A DNA stretch of 64,000 nt. It comes from Rotaria socialis (taxonomy: Eukaryota). Made by a program: the position numbers and the translations under genes. The notes beneath the pieces are model-generated. The model saw only the letters and a list, made by a program, of their open reading frames with translations. It searched no databases and was not told the DNA's origin. This document shows, piece by piece, positions 1-11,367 of the stretch (position 1 is its first letter; every line of letters begins with the position of its first letter). Location: contig CAJNYD010000236.1 in the NCBI GenBank assembly GCA_905331295.1, forward strand, positions 62,001 through 126,000, in the 5' to 3' direction.

Positions 1-28
1 CTAAGCGAGACTATGTAGTAATAAAGAT

Positions 29-541
29 ATGGATTCTGGCAGAAAAGCTGGTCAATTTAATATTTATTCCAATCAAGCTGAAACAAACTTACTCTATCGT
101 ATTGAATCATATTATAGTCCCATGCAAAAAATTGATCTACGTACGTATCCAGACAAAAAGGTTATTGGAAGATTAAATTCTCATCAACTTGGAATTTGGT
201 ATCAAGCTACTTATGAAATATTTGATATACGGAGTAAGACAAACAAATGGTTTAATGGAAGTATTAAACGACAGTCGACATGGTTTCACGATGAATATCA
301 TGTTAATCTTGCAGAAAGAAAAATTACAATGAAAAATAGAGCATTCTCGGGTAGATTCAAATTTTACAACGAAGCCAACAGTTTACTTGCTATGTTTAAA
401 ATGCGACGCAATTTACTATCGGCAGTAACTAAATATGATTTAAAGATTTTCTCAGATCAATTTCCAGATAGTATTTATCTATTAGCACTTGCCGCACATG
501 ACAATAAGAAAACAGCAATATATTCACATAATGACAAATGA
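29..541 (+). CDS. LURP-one-related (LOR)/Tubby-C-like beta-barrel protein; probably 5'-incomplete
   Basis: The 170-aa ORF has a LOR-like pattern: 'FNIYS...LLYRIE', 'GSIKRQSTWFHDEYHV', 'RFKFYNEANSLLAMF', 'KYDLKI', ending in the helix 'DSIYLLALAAHD'. An in-frame TAA lies at 2-4, so the true start may need a frameshift or an upstream exon. Confidence 0.55.
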   Translation: MDSGRKAGQFNIYSNQAETNLLYRIESYYSPMQKIDLRTYPDKKVIGRLNSHQLGIWYQATYEIFDIRSKTNKWFNGSIKRQSTWFHDEYHVNLAERKITMKNRAFSGRFKFYNEANSLLAMFKMRRNLLSAVTKYDLKIFSDQFPDSIYLLALAAHDNKKTAIYSHNDK

Positions 542-2038
542 AACGATTTTCAAAACTTTTGAAAATATATTATTAAATATCTATTACATTGACCTTCATC
601 ATTCACCAGTTGCCATCTCATACACTTTCATTTTATTCTACTTTTCGTGTGCTATTCCTTTCTACTTTTTAAATATTAACTTTGGCAAATAGAAATCAAA
701 TATATCATGAAGAATTTCATTGTCTTGTAATTGTTATAGCATGTTGCTTGTATATACGTATATATATTGATGAAGATTAATACCAGTAAAGTGACAATCA
801 TCGTGTGGTTGATATGCTAAATGTGTTTGATACATAATAGGAAAATAGCTACAAGGACAACAACGATATAGAAGAATTTCGAAAAAGTTATGAATATGAA
901 ATAGTTGAATTCTCACTTGTCTCGCACTAATTTTCAATCATTGGCTACATTATAAGGCTATTGTAAGATTTTATCGTTAGGTTTTCTACAATCTATACTT
1001 TATTTAAATATGGTGAATGAAAATCTTCTCATCTGAATAATCTATCTTAATTCACTAATATTCCTGATATCTTTCTTCGAACTTTAGTTGTCTAACAATG
1101 ATCTATTTTTTTGTAAAACAATTATAATAGCCTCTAAAACGAAAATCGAAGTAACAACTATTGAAAAAGATTTGAATTAACATATTTCATTATGATTTAA
1201 CACAGGATTCCCGAATATCTCGAAGAGAATGTTTATCGATCTTATTGGTTGAACAATTGACAAAGTTAAGCATCATTGATGAATAGAGAGATTCCATTGA
1301 TAAATTCAAAGAAAATCTAGTACACATTAACTTTTCCCAATGCTTGGATAATATTAAATATTGGATGAGTGCATTATACTTCAAGATCAGAGTATAGTTT
1401 AATGTATAGTTAAGATTGAAAAATGTCATTCATTTTCTTTTAACTTAACTCTATTATATTGGAGATCGAGGCTGCGAGTTTGAATATGTACGTCTGAGAA
1501 CGAGAATGTTGTAAAGTTTTCTCAAAAAGTCTTATAGTTACTGTAATTTGTTCAATAGTTGAAGTGAAGTAAAAGTGAAGTTCAATTCACTTTCTTTGGT
1601 TGCATAATTATTGATTTTATGTCAGAATGGTCTTTTTATTCGATCTTACTAAGTGCTTTTTCGTATGAGGTAAATGTATTGCTCACGATATTTCATAGTA
1701 AAAAATCAAGCTGTCACAACATATTTATCACAATGAATAACATCGTATAGTTTTATTTAAACATTCATAAATTCACTTATTAAAATCAATTCTATCTACT
1801 GAGTAAATTTTAGTACAAAGTTATAACTAGCTTATGTCACTAAGCATCATAGTCGCTTGTTGTCAGTCAATGAAAACGAAAATTTTCATTCTATACTAAC
1901 AAGTGATTCGAATTACTTGATATTTCTGATTCATATTTTCTGTGTCTAGATGCAATTACAAACAATTTTTATTGAATTCAGATTCAGTACACATTATTAT
2001 TTTGAATAGTTATTTATTTAAATTTTATTAGAACTTAT

Positions 2039-3143
2039 TCATAGGCGAAATCGAAGATCATCCATGGCAAAATGACAATTGCCACATGTATTTGAATAAG
2101 TTGGATAATTTGAACCACCTGTGCCAGTGAATGTTATCATATCAATACCTGACCAATTGAGTTCAATGGTTTTACGAGTATCAATTTGAAGAAAAACAGT
2201 CTCATTGAAAAGTATTGGCGAATATTGGCGAGAACCGACTAAATTCAATTTAAGATTAGGAACAAAAGCGGCTGCTGCAGAAAATGAAACAATAGAAAAT
2301 GCTCGTCCATCGGTACGTTTAATTGTCATTTGATTTTGACTCATTAACACATTAGGAGGACTGACCATTGCCACAGTGTAACCACTGGGACGTGGTGGAT
2401 TACCTGTATCCTTGGGAGTTGTATAAAGTCCACCAGTAAATGTGAAATTATAATAATTTTCTGGCACATTTTTTGAAGTAGCATTTGTAGGTAAATCATC
2501 GAAATTGAGTACAACTATAATATACATAAGAAATCATGTTACTTACGCTTTCGATATCAAATTTATTATTTATATACAAGAACTTACTTCCTGGATTACA
2601 TTGATTGTCCGAAATATATAATAAATTAGTGGTATAAACGTTTTGATGTTTACTTAAACATTTAGCCAGCACAATATCACATTCACATTGACGATGAGCT
2701 TTAGTTTCTTTATTATTTAAGCACTCAATAGTTCCATCTTCGTAGGAAGCTTTGTATGGATAAGACGTTGCATGGTTCGTTTGAACAGTATTGCATGTTT
2801 GATAGTGTTGACAACACTCGTCAATTTCATCTAATGGAGCATGAATTGGTTTATCTTTGTTACTACACCTATGAGTATCACAATAGCTTTACTAATAAAT
2901 TTGATGATTTAAAAGAAAAAAATAATTCCTATTTAACTATCTTTCAGTTGAAAGTTATTTAAGATAAGAATAATAGTGAAGGGTATTTTACCAGCAACCG
3001 TAATTGGTAAAATCATTTGGATTTTGGCCAGATAAAAAAAATATCATAGAGCCAAGTTGTCGATTAGCTTGAAAATCGATGCTGTGAGTTATTTTGAGAA
3101 AACATACAGATACAATCAATACAATGATACTACTAGTATGCAT
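2039..3143 (-). CDS. Secreted ~302-aa chimeric protein: signal peptide + inactive sPLA2-like domain + microbial-like C-terminal domain (3 exons)
   Basis: Exons are 3143-2992, 2868-2588 and 2514-2039, with in-phase GT-AG introns at 2991-2869 and 2587-2515. The translation reads MHTSSIIVLIVSVCFLKITHS-IDFQANRQLGSMIFFLSGQNPNDFTNYGCW/CSNKDKPIHAPLDEIDECCQHYQTCNT...YPYKASYEDGTIECLNNKETKAHRQCECDIVLAKCLSKHQNVY...CNPG/IVLNFDDLP...HFAMDDLRFRL. The first half follows the sPLA2 cysteine framework. Confidence 0.85.
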
Positions 3144-5246
3144 TCTTGCACAGAACAATTAAATGATCGAATATGTGTGTGTTTCTAACGGAAAACAGAG
3201 TCTTTTAATATCGGTGCTTCTAAGCTTTATAAGCCAATAAATCAATTTAACGATTGCAAAATCATCATTTTCTCGTTGTTCTTTCTATTTTTTTTATTTG
3301 TCATTCTCAAGCCAAAGGGTCATTTTTTATTTTCTAGCTTCGATTCATCAGATCATATCGTTTGTACGATTAAATTTCACTTCGTCATGTTGATTATGTA
3401 GTAAAAATGTTCGAATGAGTGTATCGTATTCAGTTCAGTCGTATATCAATTTCTTTTGAAGAATTCTTCAAAATACTTTTTTTTTCGAACGATGTTAAAT
3501 AAATAGGAATAAAAGAAAAGCCTTGGAATCTACTTTTGATGATAATTTAAAGTAATTTAGTAAAATACCTATAATAGAACATATTAAATAAGCGCACGGG
3601 TTCGAAATGCATTAATGTGTCAACATTTCTAATGTACAAGTGAGTCATAACATATTGGTCTAGACCCATCATCATCTTCTATCAGTTATAATATCACAGA
3701 ATAGAATAGAAAGAAAAAAAATCAATAATGATTACATCGTATACTACGGAAAATAGTTTGCTGATTACCCATGTAATTATTTTCATTATTTTTTTTAGAT
3801 TGATAAAAAATGCATGTAAAAGCGAGAAGAAAAGCATCAACTGTTATGGTCTAATGGTTAAGACATTGAAAAAGTTTATGAATTTTCTGCATTAACAAAA
3901 TATATCGCTATTGGTTTTCAATATTCATTCCCTTATTTTTCTATGTTACCTTGTTCAATTTTTAGTTTTAGAATAAGATCAAACTTATAGCAAACCTATC
4001 TTCCGATTTTCTCAATGTCAAAATTATGTACAAAACTAAATTGATTTCTGATTATAAAAGGTAAAAACTTATTATTAAATGATAACAATCAAACATGATA
4101 TAACACGAATTAATAATAAATAAATATTTGAAAGGCTTCTCTCGTCAGTCAAATATTCATGACATGTACAAGCCATATTCTGCGTTTGTATATAGTTGAG
4201 TATACATTGTGATCACAATTTTTTTTTTCTAAAACTTTGAGGTTACACCACTCGAAATGATACCACGATTCAAATATATTGTCTAACAGTCACTTAAAGA
4301 TAACAGAAATTTTACACGCATATCAAGATTATCATATTTAAGCCAAAAGTGCAGCTATCTCTACTCGATACAATTATGCAACATTTATAAAAAAAGAAAG
4401 ATGATATTTTTTTTCTTCTATCAACTATTGAGTAAATTGATTTTTGCTGAAGAACTTGCATGAAAACTAAGGTAAATCAGGTTACTATTTTTCTTACAAA
4501 TCAATCTATTGCTATAAAATGATATGTTATTTACATTCTAGCTCATATAGTAAAAGATCAATCGGTTTGCATCCAATAGGAAAAAATAAATAATATATAC
4601 TTAATACTAATTAAAAATCATTTCATTTACCTATAGCACGTCTTAGTTCGAAATTGCATCATTATATAGTCTATGAATGTGCAATACAATAAGTAAAGAT
4701 AAAACTTCGAATATTTGCTGATGATTGAAATGATTTTGAAAAAGGAAATTTCAGTTGAGCACTATATTCTCAATATCATACTTTTCATCGGGTAGAAAAT
4801 AAATCTTACGACTTTTTTCATTTATCGAATAAAGAAAATTTATTATTTTTATATTATAGTTCAGTAGAAGCTTTAAGTTGTAAAAAATTTGTCTAGTACA
4901 ATTTATTCTTATAAGATACAATTAAAATTCGTAATAAAGAAAGCGATAAAAATAAATAATTCTGCAGCATATTTCTATTTTATAAAAACACACATGTATT
5001 TGTATGATAAATAGCTATAAGATTTAAAGATTATCAAATACACTTATTTAGATGCAATAAAAATCGGTAAAGTATTTGATAGAAAAAATGTTAGAATACA
5101 TTTCAATGGTACACTTATAGAATGTGATGGATCTATCAGAATTTTGCATAGAAATCCCTTAATAATTACAATTACGAAATAATTTATCTCAAATTTTATT
5201 TAAATGTATGTACTATATATTTTAGATTATCTCCGATTTTTTCGTC

Positions 5247-6352
5247 ATGGGAAATAATAATTCAGCAAATAATCTTCTAACTGATCTTGTTGATACATCA
5301 GTAGCAGTAACAGACGACATATTTAAAGTCGACAATATTAATTCATGTGGTCGAAAACATGCATCAGCAAAAATTCACGTATCAAATGATAGTTTATGTA
5401 TAAGACAAAAACATCGACAATCGTTACAGATTCCATTAGAAACAATTAAACGTTATGGTATAGACGGCTCAATATTTATTCTTGAATGTGGACGACAAGC
5501 TCCTCTTGGTCCAGCACGTTATGCATTTCGTTGTAAACAAGCACATCGTCTTGTTAATTGTTTAGATCAACGTATAACATTCAGATCAAAACAATTACTA
5601 GAACAACAACAACAACAACAACAACGAGGAACAATGATATCATCTTCATCTACTTTAACAAACGTTTCAATAACATCACGCCATCCTCATCCTCATCGGC
5701 GACGACGAACACAATCCGAGCAAGGCGTAACACGTCGAGCGCCATCATCTGTACTTTTTTCATCATCATCTTCCTCATCGATTTCATTAAATTCAAGAGA
5801 AACATTTTCTTATCGAAATTCTGAACCAAATTTGTCAGAGGATTATTTACCTTTCGATATACTTCCTTGTCACAGAGAAAGTAACAGTCACAATGAAGAA
5901 GGAAGACAGTTCATAGCCAGACTTAAACAACATGTTGAAAGAGACATTACTCCAGATCTTAATTATGTTGAATTAAAATCAGAATCAACATCGAATTCGA
6001 TTATTCAAAATGGTATGTAAAAAATAAACGAAATTCTATAGTAAATCTGTACAAATTATTTTTAGATCGTAGAAATGACTTAGAAATACCAATTGCTACG
6101 AAAGAACCAAGCATTGAATTAATGAAAGAGTCTCCTTCTCAACAATCTTGTAAACGAGCTCTTCTATCATTTTTTAATCCTCATCAACAATCGGATTCAA
6201 ATCAAACTAATACATCATTAAAAACTAATTCAATATCAAAATCATTATCAACAGCGCCTTATGTTTATATTGATCATGAAAAAACAACAACATTGAAAGA
6301 AATTGCAAACGAACGTTTACAACAACAACAAGCTCGCCGCATTGAAGTCTGA
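5247..6352 (+). CDS. FRS2: FRS2/FRS3-like IRS-type PTB docking protein (2 exons: 5247-6012, 6066-6352)
   Basis: N-terminal MGNNNS is a myristoylation-like motif. The PTB core reads 'PLETIKRYGIDGSIFILECGRQAPLGPARYAFRC'. Tyr motifs 'LNYVEL' and C-terminal 'YVYIDHEKTTTLKE' resemble the FRS2 SHP2-binding sites. The 53-bp GT-AG intron is in phase. Confidence 0.75.
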
Positions 6353-6747
6353 TTCATTAAAAACATTGTGCCTGCGTTTTTGTTATAAATAATTTATGTG
6401 CTATTTGAAAGAATTCTCATTTTAATTTATTAATTGTACATTTATTTTTGCAGTGATGTGGATTAGTAGTTAGCATGCTTTGTTTTCTTTTTATTATCTT
6501 CGTTTTTTTGTATTTTATTTTTACTGTTTAAAATAATGATAACTTATCTTGATTAAATAAGACTATTTGATAAAAAAAAGGATACGACAAAGAAACTTTT
6601 TGTACACATATTGATTATTAAGTTTTTTTAATGAGGTATTTTATTTCAAATAAATATCTAATTTTGATGTTTGAATAAATGAATTGTATAGAAGTAAGAT
6701 AAGGAGTAGAACAAAACGAAAATATTTGCAACATAATTAATGTGTAA

Positions 6748-7181
6748 TTATGGCTCGGATACTGTTAATTTTTCCTGATAAGCAGCTTCAACATAGGAAA
6801 CGAGTTGGTCTCACTAAGAAGACGACGCATAGGCCTCCACTCGGACAGAACCAACAGTTCATATAATTGCGACAATATTTATTAGCCCATGTCTGAAAAT
6901 TTGGCAGATTTACTTGCATGTAAGCATCGAAAAGAGTTCAACAGTCAAGCATTGGGTCAGGAACAGTTTCAAAAGAGATTGGCCCAATAGTTCTGTACTG
7001 ATGTTTTTCTATTTGTACCACTTCAAGTGCCCCTTGATTGCAATCTATCAAAGAATTGAATTGCTGTTCATCCAAATGAAAGTTCTTCTGTTTCAACAGC
7101 ATCTACTTTTGCACTAAGAATATTGATCACCGTAAAAACCAAAACTGCGCGAGTCCACGCAATTGCTGGTATTTTGTGCAT
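6748..7181 (-). pseudogene. Decayed gene for a small secreted Cys-rich protein
   Basis: ATG at 7181 gives the signal-like MHKIPAIAWTRAVLVFTVINILSAKVDA. A frameshift near 7070 leads into LDEQQFNSLIDC...DPMLDC*TLFDAYMQVNLPNFQTWANKYCRNYMNCWFCPSGGLCVVFLVRPTRFLC*, with in-frame TGA codons at 6940-6938 and 6790-6788. Confidence 0.5.
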
Positions 7182-9145
7182 GTCTATTTTGTTGGCAACC
7201 GATAGTTTGTTCAAAAAAACGAAATCAAATGTAAACTTTCATGGACTTTTTTGTACAATATTTTTAGGTTCTTTTATGTGTAAATAAAGACTGTACGAGT
7301 CAATAGAAATCATGAATAATATATTTGCGAAAATCTTTTTCTACTAATTTGGCAAACTAAGAAGTGCAAATGTATGCTTTATATGAACTTTCAATAGATA
7401 AATATAGATTCCAATGCCTCAGTATTTCATTTGATTTGAATATTATGAGGCTATTATTTATACATGCTTAATGGTAGTGAAGAAATGGTAGGTAGCCGTA
7501 ATAAAAACAAAAACATGACATAACGAAATCAATTGAGATCATAAAAAGTATTTTATATTTGACTAATAAGCATAGAGAAACTAAGCATATGGATATAGAA
7601 GAGAATTTTTTATAATAGCTCAGTACATACGCTGTGTAATCTTTTGTTAAATGAGCATCATTTATTATTTCGTGCATCAAATATTAAAATCTATTCATTT
7701 TAGTATTTTGTGCATCAAAATTAAAAAGAAATAAACTTTTAATGTACCCTCATAATGCCGCTATGGAAGACGAATATTGAATCGGTAACATTTCAACAAA
7801 TATTAAATCAAAAAGATATAACAGTTAAAATTCACTGACAACGCTAATACATTTTAACGAATAAAAGCTGATGAAAATATAAACGAGTTCAAGGAATGCA
7901 ATTATTAGGCATCTTTATTTATCATTATTGTTTCAGGCAACGGAAGATCGTTATCTTCAAGGTTTAGAACTATCATGGATTTCGTGTTTTCGTCTGGCAC
8001 ATTTCTACGAATGGCCGTCATAATATTTGCTTATTTATTGATAAAATGAAAGTAAAAGATGTTGAAAGAATACAGCTGAATTATTTATCCTACTGTGCTA
8101 TCTTATGAATAGATTTAAGTTGCATAATAATAAGAACAAGGAAAAGTTCTTCAAATCATAACACTCGATTCTTTATTATATGGCGCTCCTCTTACTGAAC
8201 TACCATATAATAGAATGTATCATACATATTGATTTAAGTGACAACAATAAACAAACTTCATCCACATTTAATAGTTCCATTTTATGTTTTACAAGTTTCA
8301 CGAAGACGAATACATCACTTTTCATAATCGTAAGACAAAGTTCAAACAAATTTTGTTAAAAAATACTCATCTTTTAGAAGATTATAAAGATCATATAGCA
8401 CTTCAACTTTCGGCTAATTTAATAGAGCGCATCTATGCTAAGTAACAATAAGACAGTTTTACTTTATAAAAATGAAAACTATGCATTAATGATAGCCAAA
8501 ACAAAGTAGAGAATAAATTTCAAAAGTGAAAACTATCATGATAAGCACAGAAAATAATGGAAACATCATTGAAATTGATTAATATTTCATATTGAGTAAC
8601 TAAAAGAAAAAAATGTTCGAAATAATCCTTTATGCATGCGTTCTCTTTGTGGTAATTGTACAGCGATACATCAAAATCTATGAAAGATGAAGAAAAGTAT
8701 ATAAATTATTGAAGCTCTTGCTATGTATTATCGCCGAAAACAGTTTTGGTATATCTCGTATAACTTAATCATCACCTTTATTGAAGAGAAAATTTTTATT
8801 ACAGCCATCAGAGATAAATTATCAATGTTAAACTATTTACGGCACAAAAGTCTTGCACCATCTTGACATCTGACAAACAAATTACATTGGTATGATAATG
8901 TGAAACAAAGAAAAACTACCAACTAGAAGAAATCATGATTTTCTGCAGGCGAAAAGTGGCTCGTAACATTTATTTTTATCTTGAAGAGATTGTGCAGACA
9001 GTGACATCGTCATAGGACACCTGACACTATGCTTTTTGTCATCGAGTTGTTTTTAGTTTAATCTAGTTAGTGAAAAACACCCACACAATCCGTATAAAAA
9101 GTCCGAGAGACAATAGTAAAAATTAGTATCATCGTATCGAAAAAT

Positions 9146-10805
9146 ATGAAGACAATCTTTACAGTTTTTCTTCTTTGCGTATGCTTCATCATTCAAGTAG
9201 CATGTGTAACTGTTGTTTGTGATCATTCAGCACCATGTGGCTGTTCAAAAAATGATGCTATAATAAAAAAAATTGTTGGTGGTGAAACAGCAGTCTCTTC
9301 AAGTTGGGGTTGGGCCATATCTTTACGTGGTTCTCATGGTGGTCACATGTGGCGGTGCTATTGTCTCGCCTACATACATAGTTACTGCAGCCCATTTGTG
9401 CCGATATTGATGGCACGCTTCGATGATTCTCCTTCCTCTTCCTTCTATTCTCTTTCCATTATTATAATATATCTCTCTTCTATATATACGTGTGTTATGT
9501 ATGAAGTGGGGACACTTTGGATATGTGAATAAACGAATAAACATCATTGCCGTGAGTGGCTGTAAGCTACTCCACCTCTATCCAGTTTGTCAATACGATA
9601 TAAACTCAACAGAGTCTTATTAATCGTTTCACCATTGTGTAGTTGATGAGAACAATGTGCTATCGCCTGGCTTGTCAATAGCAGTTGGTATGAATCTACT
9701 GACTGAATCAGCAACAGTCGGTCAAGTATGACAAGTTGCAAATATTATTCGACATCCTCAGTACGATCCGTCTTCAAATGGGAATGATATTGCTATCCTT
9801 CGCCTTGATCGTCCATTAGATCTCTCAATATCTGCTTCAACTGCTCGCCTTTGTATACACCGGCTTAATATGGCCAGTAATGTAAACATGTATCCTCAAA
9901 ATTCATCAACATTAGTGGCCATTGGATGGGGAACATTGTATTTTCACGCGAATTTTATTCCAGATCAATTGCAACAAGTTACTGTCAATCAAGTATCTTC
10001 CGATGCTGATACGTGTTCTATTACAATTCATCATCCAGATTTACAATTTTGTGCTGGAGTCAATAGTGGCGGTAAAGGTAATATTTCCTTTAAAAATGGT
10101 TTGAAACGTAAGAGAAATTCTAAACAACTATTAGATATGCAGTTGACCGAATATATTAAACGCACGCAGTTCTATTATACGTATATGAGGATCTAATTGA
10201 TTCTCTAACGTAATGTCAATTGATTCTATCTGTTGTTCTTGAAAAGTGAATTACGATGAATGTAATTTCTTAATTGGATTGCTTCCGATTGTTTTATTAA
10301 AAGACGCTGGTTTGATAGAATTTTATACCATATTTGAAGAAAAGAACACTACCAATCCATTTTTATATTAATTGCCGAAATGAGTACCGAAATTTCATTG
10401 CTTTTATTCTATCTACTTCTAGACACTTGCCAAGGTGATTCTGGTGGTCCTCTCATGCATTTTGAGAGTACACAGCGTCGATGGATGCTTGCTGGTATTA
10501 CAAGCTACGGTAAGGGTTGCGCAAATCCATTCTATTCTGGTGTATACACTCGCGTAGCTGCTTACACTAATTGGCTAAAAAGCCATATTGTGAACGATGG
10601 TCTGGTTGAAGTTGACGTTTCAGATTCAGGTGTAAAGCCAACAATTACAACTATTATTACAACTCCCATCCGTACAATATCATCGACGACTCAAACAGCA
10701 ACAGTAACAGCATCATTTCAAATGTCTAATGATTCACCGTTGACAATTACTTCATATGGTTTTACTTTTCTCTTTGTCCTTGTAACATTTCATCATCACT
10801 TTTGA
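9146..10805 (+). pseudogene. Trypsin-like (S1A) serine protease with signal peptide and probable GPI tail, disrupted
   Basis: Motifs present: KIVGG activation site, CGGAIVSPTYIVTAAHC, NDIAILRL, GWG and [11 protein letters not shown]. The intron is at 10078-10422, and the C-terminus is Ser/Thr-rich then hydrophobic. Lesions: frameshift at about 9347, LTR insertion at 9397-9631 and a premature TGA at 9729-9731. Confidence 0.88.
9397..9631 (+). mobile_element. Solo LTR of an LTR retrotransposon (235 bp)
   Basis: It begins TGTGCCGAT and ends ATCGTTTCA (TG...CA, imperfect terminal inverted repeat). A perfect 5-bp target-site duplication CCATT flanks it at 9392-9396 and 9632-9636. It contains TATATATA followed by AATAAA signals. 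Removing it restores the codons GCC CAT TGT GTA (A-H-C-V). Confidence 0.88.
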
Positions 10806-11150
10806 ATTTATGATTATTGATTGAGTGTTAAATCAAAATATTTTTTTGTACCAGCTTAATTTTTTAAAATTAATACTAAACGGACAAACATATGTTATAA
10901 AGATTATTTTGAAAACTATGTTCCTTTTTATATTGATGCTTTAAGATGTTTTATTGTCATGAAAATTTATTTATTTATTACTTCGACTTCAAATAATATA
11001 TACAGTCAGTTAAACAAACATTAATAGATTAATATATTATGCCGTCAGTTTTGTGTTCACTTTAAATTGAGATTTACTCATGCATTGAAAATAGATACGT
11101 ACTGTCTTGACGAATTAGTACAGCTTCGCCGAATTTTATTTTCGCCGACT

Positions 11151-11367
11151 CCAACTTCGCCGAATAAAAATTTTGACCGAAAAATATCGAATCAAATTTG
11201 ATCCATTCTAGATATAGAATTTTATCCTAACTAACTACTTTAATAGTGACTTGATTAANCCAACATCGCCGTAAAAAAATTTTGACCGAAAAATATCGAA
11301 TCAAATTTGATCCATTCTAGATATAGAATTTTATCCTAACTAACTAGTTTAATAGTGACTTGATTAA
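11151..11367. repeat. ~108-bp direct duplication separated by a single N (probable assembly junction)
   Basis: Copies at 11151-11258 and 11260-11367 differ by only a few substitutions. The N is at 11259. Confidence 0.85.

Noticed and set aside
560..1500. Minus-strand frames with hydrophobic stretches (e.g. FFYIVVVLVAIFLLCI) suggesting a decayed membrane-protein gene
   Set aside because: Many stops and no motif I can assign with confidence. AT-rich DNA gives such stretches by chance.
6788..6940. In-frame TGA codons after Cys as possible selenocysteine
   Set aside because: The same gene also has a frameshift, and I see no SECIS. Ordinary nonsense mutations are simpler.
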